Counted from the first letter of the stretch, positions 1 to 8,958 are shown. The stretch is 18,364 bases of DNA from an uncultured Nitrososphaerota archaeon (GCA_964518475.1 CAZFGR010000030.1:1-18364); one strand, 5' to 3'. Notes: a model not told the origin generated them from the letters alone. A program made the numbers and translations.

Positions 1-2
1 GA

Positions 3-50
3 GATACCGGAGGTGGAGGCGGAGGTGACCTGATAACACCAGGATTCTAA
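3..50 (+). CDS. 3' end of an upstream gene, truncated by the window edge (likely ...DTGGGGGGDLITPGF*)
   Basis: Frame 3 is open to TAA at 48-50, with a Gly6 run written in varied codons (GGA/GGT/GGC), and is followed by a pyrimidine/T tract. Frame 1 (EIPEVEAEVT*, stop 31-33) cannot be excluded. Confidence 0.5.
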   Translation, partial: DTGGGGGGDLITPGF

Positions 51-61
51 AAGTATAGATA

Positions 62-95
62 TTTCTCCCTTGCTCTTCTTTTTTTTAAAAAAAAG
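62..95 (+). terminator. Archaeal oligo-T terminator including the palindrome C-T8-A8-G (78-95)
   Basis: A pyrimidine-rich run ending in T8 lies just downstream of the stop at 50. The T8A8 core is self-complementary. Confidence 0.55.
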
Positions 96-293
96 GACTT
101 TGATTTCATCTAGTTGTGTTATCCCTTCATAGAAACCTTTTGTAATCTAAAAAATTACTCTAGGATTCGCACATACTAATCTAGAAATATTGTTAACTGT
201 GTTATTGCGACAGATTCTTATCTAGTTATCTAGATTTAAGTGAGGATTTGTGTTGAATTAGATGTTTCGAAGAAAGGGTCGAGAGGATTTGTC

Positions 294-1505
294 TTGAACA
301 GGAGTGCTGAGATCGCTATAAGGGTTGGTATCCCCTTCATATTAGTAGATATTAATGCGGCAATATTTTGGACAATATTCAGGGTATTCATTTATGATAT
401 TGGGGGCTCTTTTACACAGATTGCGTTAATAAGCCTGATAGAAGGTTTGTTCACTATATTTCTATCGCCTTTCTGGGGGACTCTTAGCGATTTAATTGGG
501 CGGAGAAAACCTTTCATAATCATCGGATCTCTCTCATTAGCTATTTTCAGCCCACTATTCGTAATTGCTAGATCGGTTGTTCAGTATCTAATAATCTTTA
601 CAGCAGCGTCCTTCTTTTCTTCTATGGTATATCCCTGCCTTAATGCGACTCTGACAGAAGCAACTGAAGAAGCAGAGAGGGGGAAGACGCTAGGGTATTT
701 CTTTGGACTAAATGCCATTGGTTGGACACTTGGTAGTTTCTTAAGTGGGTACCTAGCTGATGTCTGGGGCATAGCCTATGTATTTATCTCAGCAGGTCTG
801 GTGGGTGGAGTAGGGGCTTTTGTAGCCTTATTCTTTATGCAGGAAAGTGGGGGGAAATCGATTACCGCAGTATCGATGAGAGATGCTTTTCAGAGGGTTC
901 TTGGTTCCTTCGTGGTAGAGAGAAACCCCTCTCTCTTCGTTCTCATGGGAACGATAATCCTGTATGGTCTGGGATCTGGGGTCTTTTCTACTCTCTTTCA
1001 GATAAAGTTCTTTGAGAGTGTTAAGCGGAGCTACTTAATCTATGGCATAGTCTCAGCTCTTTCTGGGCTTGGCTCTATAATAGCACCGCCTATTTATGGA
1101 TACTTCGCGGATAAAGTGGGGAAGAAAGAGGTTTTCCAAGCAACACTGCTGGCTTATACCATGTACTTCATCGTAATGGGTCTTACTTGGGATCCATTAA
1201 TTCTAGCGATTCTCTGGTTCCTCCCACTATGGCCAGGAGTGAGAATAAGCTCAATAGCTCTCGCAACAGAACTGGCTAGAAAAGACGAGGTTGGCCAGTA
1301 CCAGGGATTTGTAGAGTCCTCATCAGCATTAGCTGGGGCGATAGGTGCTATTATTGGAGGATTGATCGCTGATTACTTAAACGCTAGAGAGAACTTGTAC
1401 ATCCTAGACTATATATTGATGGGCTCAGCTATAGGACCGTTCCTAGCCACTATACTAGTCAGTGCCTTAAAAATATCTAAACCAGAGCCTATCAAACTAG
1501 ATTAA
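294..1505 (+). CDS. Major facilitator superfamily (MFS) transporter
   Basis: About 12 hydrophobic segments. MFS motif A appears in both halves (WGTLSDLIGRRKPF; YGYFADKVGKK), with a motif-C-like GWTLGSFLSG. The ORF track starts at 240; TTG at 294 is preferred because GAGAGG lies at 281-286. Confidence 0.92.
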   Translation: MNRSAEIAIRVGIPFILVDINAAIFWTIFRVFIYDIGGSFTQIALISLIEGLFTIFLSPFWGTLSDLIGRRKPFIIIGSLSLAIFSPLFVIARSVVQYLIIFTAASFFSSMVYPCLNATLTEATEEAERGKTLGYFFGLNAIGWTLGSFLSGYLADVWGIAYVFISAGLVGGVGAFVALFFMQESGGKSITAVSMRDAFQRVLGSFVVERNPSLFVLMGTIILYGLGSGVFSTLFQIKFFESVKRSYLIYGIVSALSGLGSIIAPPIYGYFADKVGKKEVFQATLLAYTMYFIVMGLTWDPLILAILWFLPLWPGVRISSIALATELARKDEVGQYQGFVESSSALAGAIGAIIGGLIADYLNARENLYILDYILMGSAIGPFLATILVSALKISKPEPIKLD

Positions 1506-1530
1506 AATAAAAATATGTTTGTGTGGGAAT

Positions 1531-4062
1531 TCATAGAAGTTTTTTCAGCGCTAGTATAACTAATACAACAGCTATCGCAAGGAATATGAGTAACGGAACG
1601 TATTCCCAGACAACGCTTCTCTTCACCACTGTTAGACAAATCTTTACACTCTTTACGTTACCAGCCGCGTCTTTAGCGATTATTTCTATGGTATGTTTTC
1701 CTTCATCTAACCAAGTGGTGTATACTGTACCGTTACCGATATATTTTGTTTCTCCATTGATTTTTACCGTTACTACGACAGGTGATTTATCATATATTTT
1801 CCACTTAATGCTTACTCTACCTGGGGAAAGTCTAGAATTGTTTACTGGCTGTAACACCTCTACTTTCGGCGGTGTTGTGTCTCTTGTAATAAATACGCTT
1901 GCTTTGTTGAGGAATTTCGCATTATCATAGCAGGCTACCGTAATGTTATAGATTCCATCTTCAGGCAAACTAACTGTATAGCTGGATACTGGTCTATTAA
2001 CGTATTCCTGAAGAGTATCGTTGAGGAATATGCCTATCTCCGACACTGGGTAGTCTCCAATTATTTCCCACCTAACAATTATTGTTGTGTTAGGGGTGTA
2101 TGTAGCATTTTTAGGCGATGTAATAATGATTGATGGAGGTTCCCTAACGTATACAAGAATACTATTCTCTCCGAGGTTACCAGCTCTATCTTTGGCCTTT
2201 ATTGTGATTAAGTAGTTCCCACTGGAGAGCTCCAAGTAAGCAGTTTCGGTATCGGTCTCTATTACGAGGCTAGAATTGACATAAATAAAGTACTGACACG
2301 AGCTAAAATCGGTTGTAGCCCAGCGAATTTTCAATGTTCCGGCGAGTTGATAAGAATTGTTAGCTGGCTCGATTATACTGATTCTTGGTGGGGTTATATC
2401 AATAGCGAAGAATACTGTATAAGTTATATTTACGCCGTTCTCTAACTCTGCTATCAAGCGAACGCAATACCATGTGGCATCCTGAAGCCCTGTCAATTCG
2501 AATCGGGTATCGGATCCAGGCAAGGTAGCTTTCAGAGAATTGTTTAGGTATAGATAGTACTTAGTAACGTTAACACTCGCACTCCATCTAACCTCGACTG
2601 TTGTTGATGGGATATAGGAGTGGTTTACAGGATACTCAAGGACGATTCCAGGTGATGCAGGGTCTCTTGGATCTGTGGAATAAATAATTACTTCTTCATA
2701 ATCTGTTAAGCCGTCGCCATCCGTGTCTGAATTAGAAGTATCTAGAGAATGATCCGTTTCATAAGCATCGCTAAGACCATCACCATCGCTATCAAATAAT
2801 ATAGAGTCACTGCTCTGGTTCCAATCCCATGCAAAAACTTCTTTGTAGAATCTAGCTATTGCTCTAGACTTGATCAGTACAGCGGCTTCCCGATTATCAT
2901 CTAATGCGGTGCCAGACCAATTAATGCTACCAACTATGACATACTCATCATCAATTATTATTCCCTTATTATGACAAAACAGTGGCGGAGAACCACTCTT
3001 AAAGGCCGGGGCTACATAGAATCCGAGCTGTGTCAAATTATTAGCAATACTAGAATAATCATCATTGAATGGTCGATCGTCTTCTAAAATTATCTGAACC
3101 GTAACGCCTCTTCTGCGGGCTTCTTCCAATGCTTGAATGAGTTTTTGTGTACTATCTGAACCGTTTTTTATGTAAAGAAGTTCCATTAAGATAAAGTGCT
3201 TAGCGTTACTTATTGCATCCAGCAACACTTGCGTGGAGTTTTCTGGAGAAAAAATTGCTTGGACACTAGCTTCTGGATCGTGAATATACTGATTCATAAA
3301 AGGGGCTGTGTAATATATCGTCCCAGAATCATCGGGCTCTTTTCCATATCCATGCTTTTCTGGGTCATAGTTTATTGCTGCAGAAAATTCTTGATCAAAG
3401 ATATTCTTGAAGATACTCGCGATTGTCCTGTTGTACATTACTGCGCTCCATCCGCGACTAGCAGTGCGATAGGGTATTCCCCTAATCCTTGTTGGGTCTG
3501 GAGGATAAGCTGTGGGAACAAAGTTTTCGCTCGCAACAAAGACTATCTCGGAATCAACAATGATTACTTTTGCATGTAAATAATAGGAGTCTTGGTCTAA
3601 TCTAACAGTAATATCGTAGCCTTGGAGTGAGAGGTTATAGAGTTTATAAGCCATCCATCTATTATATTCATCTCCACTTGGTCCAGAAACATTGCCTTCG
3701 AGAAGAATCCTAATCCTAACGCCTCTTGTAGCCGCGTCTTTGATGAGATTATATATGTCGAGGCTCCAGAATTCGTAAACCATTAGATCAATGGATGAGT
3801 TGGCTATGGTTAAGATGGATTGAAGAGCGCTATATGATGAGTCCGGATTAACAAATACGGTGGTTCCTAGACGAATATTTATTTGAGAGGTTCTAAAAGT
3901 AGTGCTTTCAAGAGTTGGGTATGGCGTCCCCTCTAAAGAAAGAGTATAGATACGGATTAGGGTTCTAGGGTTCGCGGTCTCCGAGACCACTGATGAGATA
4001 GACAATAGTATAATAATGAAGAATATTCTTATTCTTAGCAACTTATTTTGGCTCAGTACCAT
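1531..4062 (-). CDS. Secreted, C-terminally membrane-anchored phospholipase D (HKD) family protein with Ca-binding repeats and Ig-like stalk
   Basis: Signal peptide (RIRIFFIIILLSISS). Two HKD motifs: HAKVIIVD...ASEN and HNKGIIID...GSINWS. DSDGDGLSD/DTDGDGLTD repeats, four PPxIxIxxPxNxS..(I/V)xW repeats, and a C-terminal TM followed by KK. GGTGA RBS at 4073-4069. Confidence 0.9.
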   Translation of the reverse strand: MVLSQNKLLRIRIFFIIILLSISSVVSETANPRTLIRIYTLSLEGTPYPTLESTTFRTSQINIRLGTTVFVNPDSSYSALQSILTIANSSIDLMVYEFWSLDIYNLIKDAATRGVRIRILLEGNVSGPSGDEYNRWMAYKLYNLSLQGYDITVRLDQDSYYLHAKVIIVDSEIVFVASENFVPTAYPPDPTRIRGIPYRTASRGWSAVMYNRTIASIFKNIFDQEFSAAINYDPEKHGYGKEPDDSGTIYYTAPFMNQYIHDPEASVQAIFSPENSTQVLLDAISNAKHFILMELLYIKNGSDSTQKLIQALEEARRRGVTVQIILEDDRPFNDDYSSIANNLTQLGFYVAPAFKSGSPPLFCHNKGIIIDDEYVIVGSINWSGTALDDNREAAVLIKSRAIARFYKEVFAWDWNQSSDSILFDSDGDGLSDAYETDHSLDTSNSDTDGDGLTDYEEVIIYSTDPRDPASPGIVLEYPVNHSYIPSTTVEVRWSASVNVTKYYLYLNNSLKATLPGSDTRFELTGLQDATWYCVRLIAELENGVNITYTVFFAIDITPPRISIIEPANNSYQLAGTLKIRWATTDFSSCQYFIYVNSSLVIETDTETAYLELSSGNYLITIKAKDRAGNLGENSILVYVREPPSIIITSPKNATYTPNTTIIVRWEIIGDYPVSEIGIFLNDTLQEYVNRPVSSYTVSLPEDGIYNITVACYDNAKFLNKASVFITRDTTPPKVEVLQPVNNSRLSPGRVSIKWKIYDKSPVVVTVKINGETKYIGNGTVYTTWLDEGKHTIEIIAKDAAGNVKSVKICLTVVKRSVVWEYVPLLIFLAIAVVLVILALKKLL

Positions 4063-4379
4063 ATTTTATCACCTAAGTTACTGAGAGGGTTAAGAGAGAA
4101 TATAGTATCGGTCTTGCGAACTTTTTGGTAGAGAGAAAGTTGGTACTATAGTAATGTGCTTTTTACGCATTAGTAAATCCCTGAAAGACTAGTAGTTAAC
4201 TAGTGAGTAAAGGAGCTTTAAAAATCTCTGCGTCTCTATCTCTCAAAAATTGAGGTAACCGGTTAAAAGATGCGATTAGAATCCATTATAGGGACTCACT
4301 TACCGTAGTAGTAACAAGAAATTCTCATTTTGTTATTTCGTTTTGTCTTGTGGCTTTTTAAAATAGAGAGTTAGCTAGG

Positions 4380-5753
4380 TTATGGTTGGATTAGTAAGAA
4401 GTATTGGAGGGGTATCGCGAGGAGATCGCCTTCTTCTCTTATTTCCTTTTTTCTCCATACAACTAATTTTATATCAGGTTCTTCTTCCTCAAGGGCCATT
4501 TTTGCAAAGTTTTTCCTAGCTTTTCTTAAGTCACTGGTCTTGCTTTCTATACCAATGATTCTTCCAGCGAGTTTTAAAACAATATCTACTTCGGCGTTTT
4601 CTGAACTCCAGTAATATGTTCTTGGTAGAGGGTCGCCCTCGGTATGATGCAGGAGTCTTAACGAGTGTTGTACTGCAAGAAGCTCGTTGATATATCCTAT
4701 CTGTTCGTGGGTGTCTTCTTTGGATAATCTCAGCATAGCATTTCTTAGGCCGGGATCTATGGGGTAATACTTTCTTTTTCCACGCACAGTTTTTGTTGGT
4801 GATTTCCTATACTGTCTTGACTCAACTATTAGGAATGCGTGCTTAAGAGCCTCCACGTATTGCTCTACAGTAGGTACACGAATTCCCAGATTCCTTGATA
4901 AGGAATAAAAGCTCTGTTCGGAACCAGCATAATACGATATTAGAAAAAATAAGTCCTCTAATTTGTCGGGTACGCGGGCTCCTGCGATTCTCATAGCGTC
5001 TTTGTATATTGATAACCAAGTATAAGTGATTAATAATCGGTAAAGTTCTTGGTGGCTTTTTTCTCTGTTAAAAAAGATTTCTGGGAATCCCCCGTAGATG
5101 CTTATGAAATTTACCAGCCAGCTAATCCTATTGCTATACTTGTATAACACTTTTTCACTTCTAAATAATTCATGTTTAAGAATGCTTAGGTCGGAGTTTT
5201 TAACGGCGTCCATGAATCCGTTAAACAATTCTCTTGAAACTCCGTAAAGATCTATGTTCAATGCTCTTAAACACTCTCTAAGTGATAAAGGTAGCAATAA
5301 TCGTAGAAAACAACGGCCGACTAGGGACTCGGAACTACCGATAATAAGTTCGTATGCGGAATAACCACTAATCGCTATGCCTCGGTTAATTCCTAGATCA
5401 AAAAGCGTCTTTACATGGTCTGCCCAATTAGGATATTTGTGGGCTTCATCTATAATAATGTGGGCTTCCCTATACTCATCTGACACAGACTCAAATATCT
5501 TTAGGAGCATTTGAGGATCGCTTCTAACTACTGGATCATCAGCTAAGATATAGATCACAGGAATATCTGATTCCTGAGCATACTGTTTCAATGCAACAGT
5601 CTTTCCCGTCTGTCGGGGTCCGTATAAAATGAATATCTCTTTTTTCCTGAGATGCTCATGAATATCAAAAACAACATCTCTTTTAAACTCTGGAAGCTCC
5701 TCTCTTTTCCCAACGAGCCATGGGCTATGTCTGTAAATTACATCCCAAACCAA
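4380..5753 (-). CDS. AAA_14 / DUF4143 family ATP-binding protein (AAA+ ATPase + winged HTH + PD-(D/E)xK-like C-terminus)
   Basis: Walker A GPRQTGKT, Walker B IIIDEAH, SESLVGR, YGGFPE, HTH-like SLSRNLGIRVPTVEQYVEAL, KYYPIDPGLR and EVDIV...IGIESK. The ORF track starts at ATG 5789; TTG 5753 is preferred because GGTGA lies at 5763-5759. Confidence 0.92.
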   Translation of the reverse strand: MVWDVIYRHSPWLVGKREELPEFKRDVVFDIHEHLRKKEIFILYGPRQTGKTVALKQYAQESDIPVIYILADDPVVRSDPQMLLKIFESVSDEYREAHIIIDEAHKYPNWADHVKTLFDLGINRGIAISGYSAYELIIGSSESLVGRCFLRLLLPLSLRECLRALNIDLYGVSRELFNGFMDAVKNSDLSILKHELFRSEKVLYKYSNRISWLVNFISIYGGFPEIFFNREKSHQELYRLLITYTWLSIYKDAMRIAGARVPDKLEDLFFLISYYAGSEQSFYSLSRNLGIRVPTVEQYVEALKHAFLIVESRQYRKSPTKTVRGKRKYYPIDPGLRNAMLRLSKEDTHEQIGYINELLAVQHSLRLLHHTEGDPLPRTYYWSSENAEVDIVLKLAGRIIGIESKTSDLRKARKNFAKMALEEEEPDIKLVVWRKKEIREEGDLLAIPLQYFLLIQP

Positions 5754-5766
5754 ATATGTCACCAGA

Positions 5767-5851
5767 ATTTCATCATAATGAAATATCATATTTAAATATT
5801 AGTTCATTATAATGAACTAATACTAATAAAGATAATTTCATCATGATGAAA
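5767..5851. promoter_or_regulatory. Triple palindromic operator array (core TTCATYATRATGAA, 34-bp period) surrounding the TATA box of the AAA ATPase gene
   Basis: ATTTCATCATAATGAAAT (5767-5784), perfect 26-bp TATTAGTTCATTATAATGAACTAATA (5797-5822) and perfect 16-bp TTTCATCATGATGAAA (5836-5851). TTTAAATA on the minus strand at 5796-5789. Confidence 0.75.
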
Positions 5852-6029
5852 ACTTCCGCTGAAGATATTGAGTATAAGGTAGTCAAGAATACATATTAAG
5901 AATTGAGATTATAGTTCTATAGTTAAGTTGCAGGCGTTTTTATCCGCTAAATTTCTAAGAGTATGAAGGTGGAGCTTCAAAAATTTTTAAAGCATATAGA
6001 GCATAGTTTTCCTCGTTTTCCTCGTAGGC

Positions 6030-6043
6030 AAAAACCTTTATAT
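6030..6043 (+). promoter_or_regulatory. Putative BRE-TATA promoter of the tldD-tldE operon
   Basis: AAAAACCTTTATAT: an A-rich BRE-like run followed by TTTATA, about 70 bp upstream of the probable start codon. Confidence 0.45.
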
Positions 6044-6110
6044 TTTGGCATTAATGAACTTCAATATTTTATAGTTATGCTTCATAGTATTGTTAAAAAG
6101 GGGCGATAAT

Positions 6111-7541
6111 TTGAGAGACTTGCTTGAGGAACTTGTAAAATTTGGTGTTGAGAAGGGAGCAAATTTCATCGATGTGAGGATGCAAATTAGTTATGGCTCT
6201 CTCTATGTTGTTAGGGACGGCATCGCTGAGACTATCCGGGATACTCTTTCTCAGGGAGCTGGAGTAAGAGTACTAGTAGATGGTGCCTGGGGTTTTGCCA
6301 CGAGTAATAGTCTCGACAAGGATACTCTCAGGAACGCTATTAAGGACGCCATATCGATGGCTAGGGGATCAGCAAATTTGAGAAAGAGGAAGACATCATT
6401 AGCTGAGGTAGATGTCGTAGAAGATAAGGTTAAAGCGAAGGTCAGCAAGGATCCAACAACGGTTTCTTCGGAGGAAAAACTTGAGTATGCGCTAGAGATA
6501 AACAAGAACTTATTCTCCCTAGACAAGCGTGTAAAGAGTGCTCAGACCCAGTACAGCGATGAGAAGATAATCCAAGTATATGCTAATTCTGACGGGAGCT
6601 ATATTGAGCAGGAGAAAATCTACATATTCTTCGGAGCCGATGCAATGGCGATAGAGAATGGTATCAGAGCATCCGCACGCGAATACAACGGATCAATCAA
6701 AGGATACGATATCGTCCTTGAAAATAATCCTGAAGACTTCGCGATGATTTTAGTAGATAGATTAAGGAAACAACTAAAAGCAAAGGTTGCTAAGGGAGGA
6801 GTTTTCCCAGCCGTAATAGGACCAAGAGTTATTGGATTATTTACTCATGAAGCATTCGGGCACTTATCCGAAGCAGACCTAGCATTTTCGGGTGCTGTAA
6901 CCATTCAGAAAATTGGTCAGAAGGTAGCTTCGGATATCGTAACTATTGTTGATGATGGTACTTTACCAGATGCTTTTGGTAGTATCGCCTATGATGATGA
7001 GGGAGTAAGGGCTCAGAAGACAATAGTTGTTAAGGATGGTGTACTCGTCAGTTTTCTCTATGATAGAGAAATGGCGAAGACTTTCGAAGAAATGATTAAT
7101 CGCATAAATCCAAAGTTACTAGAGATTTTTAACGTGAAGCCCACTGGGAACGCCAGAGCAGAGAATTATCGCGTCCCACCCATTATAAGGATGAGGAATA
7201 CCTATATCCAGCCACGAGACTATAGCATAGAGGAATTATTCGAAGATATTAAGTTTGGATACTACTTAGTTGCCCCACTGGGTGGTCAGGCAAACCTAGA
7301 TGGAACATTCCAGGGAGGTACTCAAGAGGCTTATGAGATAGTGAATGGAGAAATCGGAGAACCCGTTAGAAATGTCTCATTCAGCGGGAACACTCTTGAG
7401 ACGTTAATGAAAATTGATGCTATTGGAAAGGACTTTGATATCAGAGCTGGTTTCTGTGGCAAGGGCCAAACGATGTATGTAGGTATAGGAGGACCCCATG
7501 TTAGGGTGCGCGAATTAGTGATTGGAGGAGGAGGTGTGTAA
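6111..7541 (+). CDS. tldD: TldD metalloprotease, catalytic subunit
   Basis: GAGVRVLVDGAWGFA, HEAFGHLSEAD (HExxxH metal motif), YDDEGV, PTGNARA, RMRNTYI, and C-terminal FCGKGQ...GGPH with the conserved Cys ligand. The ORF track starts at 6090; TTG 6111 follows GGGGCG. Confidence 0.93.
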   Translation: MRDLLEELVKFGVEKGANFIDVRMQISYGSLYVVRDGIAETIRDTLSQGAGVRVLVDGAWGFATSNSLDKDTLRNAIKDAISMARGSANLRKRKTSLAEVDVVEDKVKAKVSKDPTTVSSEEKLEYALEINKNLFSLDKRVKSAQTQYSDEKIIQVYANSDGSYIEQEKIYIFFGADAMAIENGIRASAREYNGSIKGYDIVLENNPEDFAMILVDRLRKQLKAKVAKGGVFPAVIGPRVIGLFTHEAFGHLSEADLAFSGAVTIQKIGQKVASDIVTIVDDGTLPDAFGSIAYDDEGVRAQKTIVVKDGVLVSFLYDREMAKTFEEMINRINPKLLEIFNVKPTGNARAENYRVPPIIRMRNTYIQPRDYSIEELFEDIKFGYYLVAPLGGQANLDGTFQGGTQEAYEIVNGEIGEPVRNVSFSGNTLETLMKIDAIGKDFDIRAGFCGKGQTMYVGIGGPHVRVRELVIGGGGV

Positions 7542-7544
7542 GGA

Positions 7545-8918
7545 ATGAGTTATGAAATGCTGAACGAGGACTTGGTTGAATGGGTTGTTAATGAGGCATT
7601 GAAACTAGGTGCTGATGAAGCGGAGTGTTATGGGCATTATAGCAAACAATACAATGTCAATATAATGGCTGGAGAAGTTAAACAACCATCTTTTCAAGAG
7701 GATGCGGGATTAGGGATTAGAGTAATCGTGAATAAGCGACTGGGGTTCGCTGCAACAAACGTATTTGAGCGAGAAAAGATAAGAGAAGCAATAAAGAGAG
7801 CGCTATCAATCGCTAGAGCATCTCAAGAAAATCCAAAGTGGAGAAGTCTCCCAGAAGCATCTAAGTACGAGAGCGTGAGAGGTATTATAGATACTAGAAT
7901 AAGAGATATCGACCCAGGCGAAGTATTAGAGATCACATCAAACCTGTTGAATAACATAACAAGTCTAGACAAGAGGGTTATTCCCGTATGGGGCGGAGTC
8001 TTCGCTGGTTATAATAAAGCATTAATAGCTAATTCCAATAATGTTAGAGGAGAGAAAGAAGGAACAATCATTGGAGGGTCTCTAGGAACTATAGCACGTG
8101 ATGGTAACGTTACAACCCCCGTACATTCTGAAGTCGTAATGAGTAGGACAAAAGAAATCAATTTTGATGGACTCGCACTGAAACTAGTAGAGAAAACCGT
8201 TAAATCTCTCACAATAACGAAGATAGAGACAGGCGATTATCCAGTCATATTCGACCCAGAAGCACTCTTCATGCTTTCTATAGTTACGATAATACGAGCA
8301 ATCAGCGCAGACTTTGTTCAGATGGGGCGATCACCATATACCAATAAAATAGGAGAGGTTGTAGCAAGTCAAGAAATAACATTGATAGATGATGGAACGC
8401 TACCGGGTGGAATAGGCTCAACACCCTTTGATGACGAAGGATGTCCCACGAAAAGAACCGTGATCATTGAGAGAGGAGTTCTTAAGAGATTCCTTTACGA
8501 TAATTATAGAGCAAAGATAGAGGATAAAGAGAGTACTGGAAACGGTTTTAGAGGCGGAGGTGGAGCCCAGCCAAAATACCTCTTCACACCATCGATTTCG
8601 CCAACTAACATAATTATAGAGCCTGGAAAAGAGAGCCTAGAAACTATAGTATCAGAAATTGAGAAGGGAGTCATGATCCTAGGTATCCAGGGGGCTCATG
8701 CTAGTAACCCAGAAACGGGAGAGGTTAGTGCTGTAGCTACTCCAGCATGGGTAATAGAGAAGGGTGAGATAAAAGGTCTCGCACCAGGAATAATGATAAA
8801 CATGAATATCTACGAAGCATTAAGGGATGTAAAAGCGATAAGCAAAGAGGTTCGACAAGTATATAACTTTATAACGCCATGGATCCAAATCGAGAAAGCA
8901 AAAATAATAAGTAAGTAA
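7545..8918 (+). CDS. tldE: TldE/PmbA non-catalytic partner of TldD
   Basis: GLGIRVI, PFDDEGCPT, STGNG and SNPETGEVS, with no HExxxH motif. Lies 3 bp after the tldD stop; the SD GGAGGTG is embedded in the tldD 3' end. Confidence 0.9.
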   Translation: MSYEMLNEDLVEWVVNEALKLGADEAECYGHYSKQYNVNIMAGEVKQPSFQEDAGLGIRVIVNKRLGFAATNVFEREKIREAIKRALSIARASQENPKWRSLPEASKYESVRGIIDTRIRDIDPGEVLEITSNLLNNITSLDKRVIPVWGGVFAGYNKALIANSNNVRGEKEGTIIGGSLGTIARDGNVTTPVHSEVVMSRTKEINFDGLALKLVEKTVKSLTITKIETGDYPVIFDPEALFMLSIVTIIRAISADFVQMGRSPYTNKIGEVVASQEITLIDDGTLPGGIGSTPFDDEGCPTKRTVIIERGVLKRFLYDNYRAKIEDKESTGNGFRGGGGAQPKYLFTPSISPTNIIIEPGKESLETIVSEIEKGVMILGIQGAHASNPETGEVSAVATPAWVIEKGEIKGLAPGIMINMNIYEALRDVKAISKEVRQVYNFITPWIQIEKAKIISK

Positions 8919-8940
8919 AACAACTAAAACGCATCTTGGT

Positions 8941-8958
8941 AATTCTTTTTCTCATTTT
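8941..8958 (+). terminator. Oligo-T terminator after tldE
   Basis: AATTCTTTTTCTCATTTT about 25 bp after the stop codon. Confidence 0.4.

Noticed and set aside
581-3579. Antisense ORFs 581-772, 1523-1930 and 3196-3579
   Set aside because: Shadows of well-supported genes on the opposite strand, with no motifs.
4180-4270. Short palindromes (ACTAGT x2, TAACCGGTTA) upstream of the PLD gene
   Set aside because: Short and without phasing; expected by chance in AT-rich DNA.
5767-5851. Mini-CRISPR array interpretation of the three palindromes
   Set aside because: The 34-bp period leaves only about 18-20 nt between the 14-16 bp cores. The repeats are non-identical, there are no cas genes, and the position over a promoter fits an operator.
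5843-5910. C/D box sRNA (ATGATGA...CTGA at 5843-5862)
   Set aside because: Only 9 nt separate the boxes, there is no convincing C' or terminal D box, and the ATGATGA is explained by the palindrome.
6111-8918. RiPP biosynthetic cluster (TldD/E + radical SAM + MFS)
   Set aside because: No YcaO or precursor peptide was identified, the radical SAM is SplB-like and lacks SPASM/RRE features, and tldDE is commonly housekeeping in archaea.
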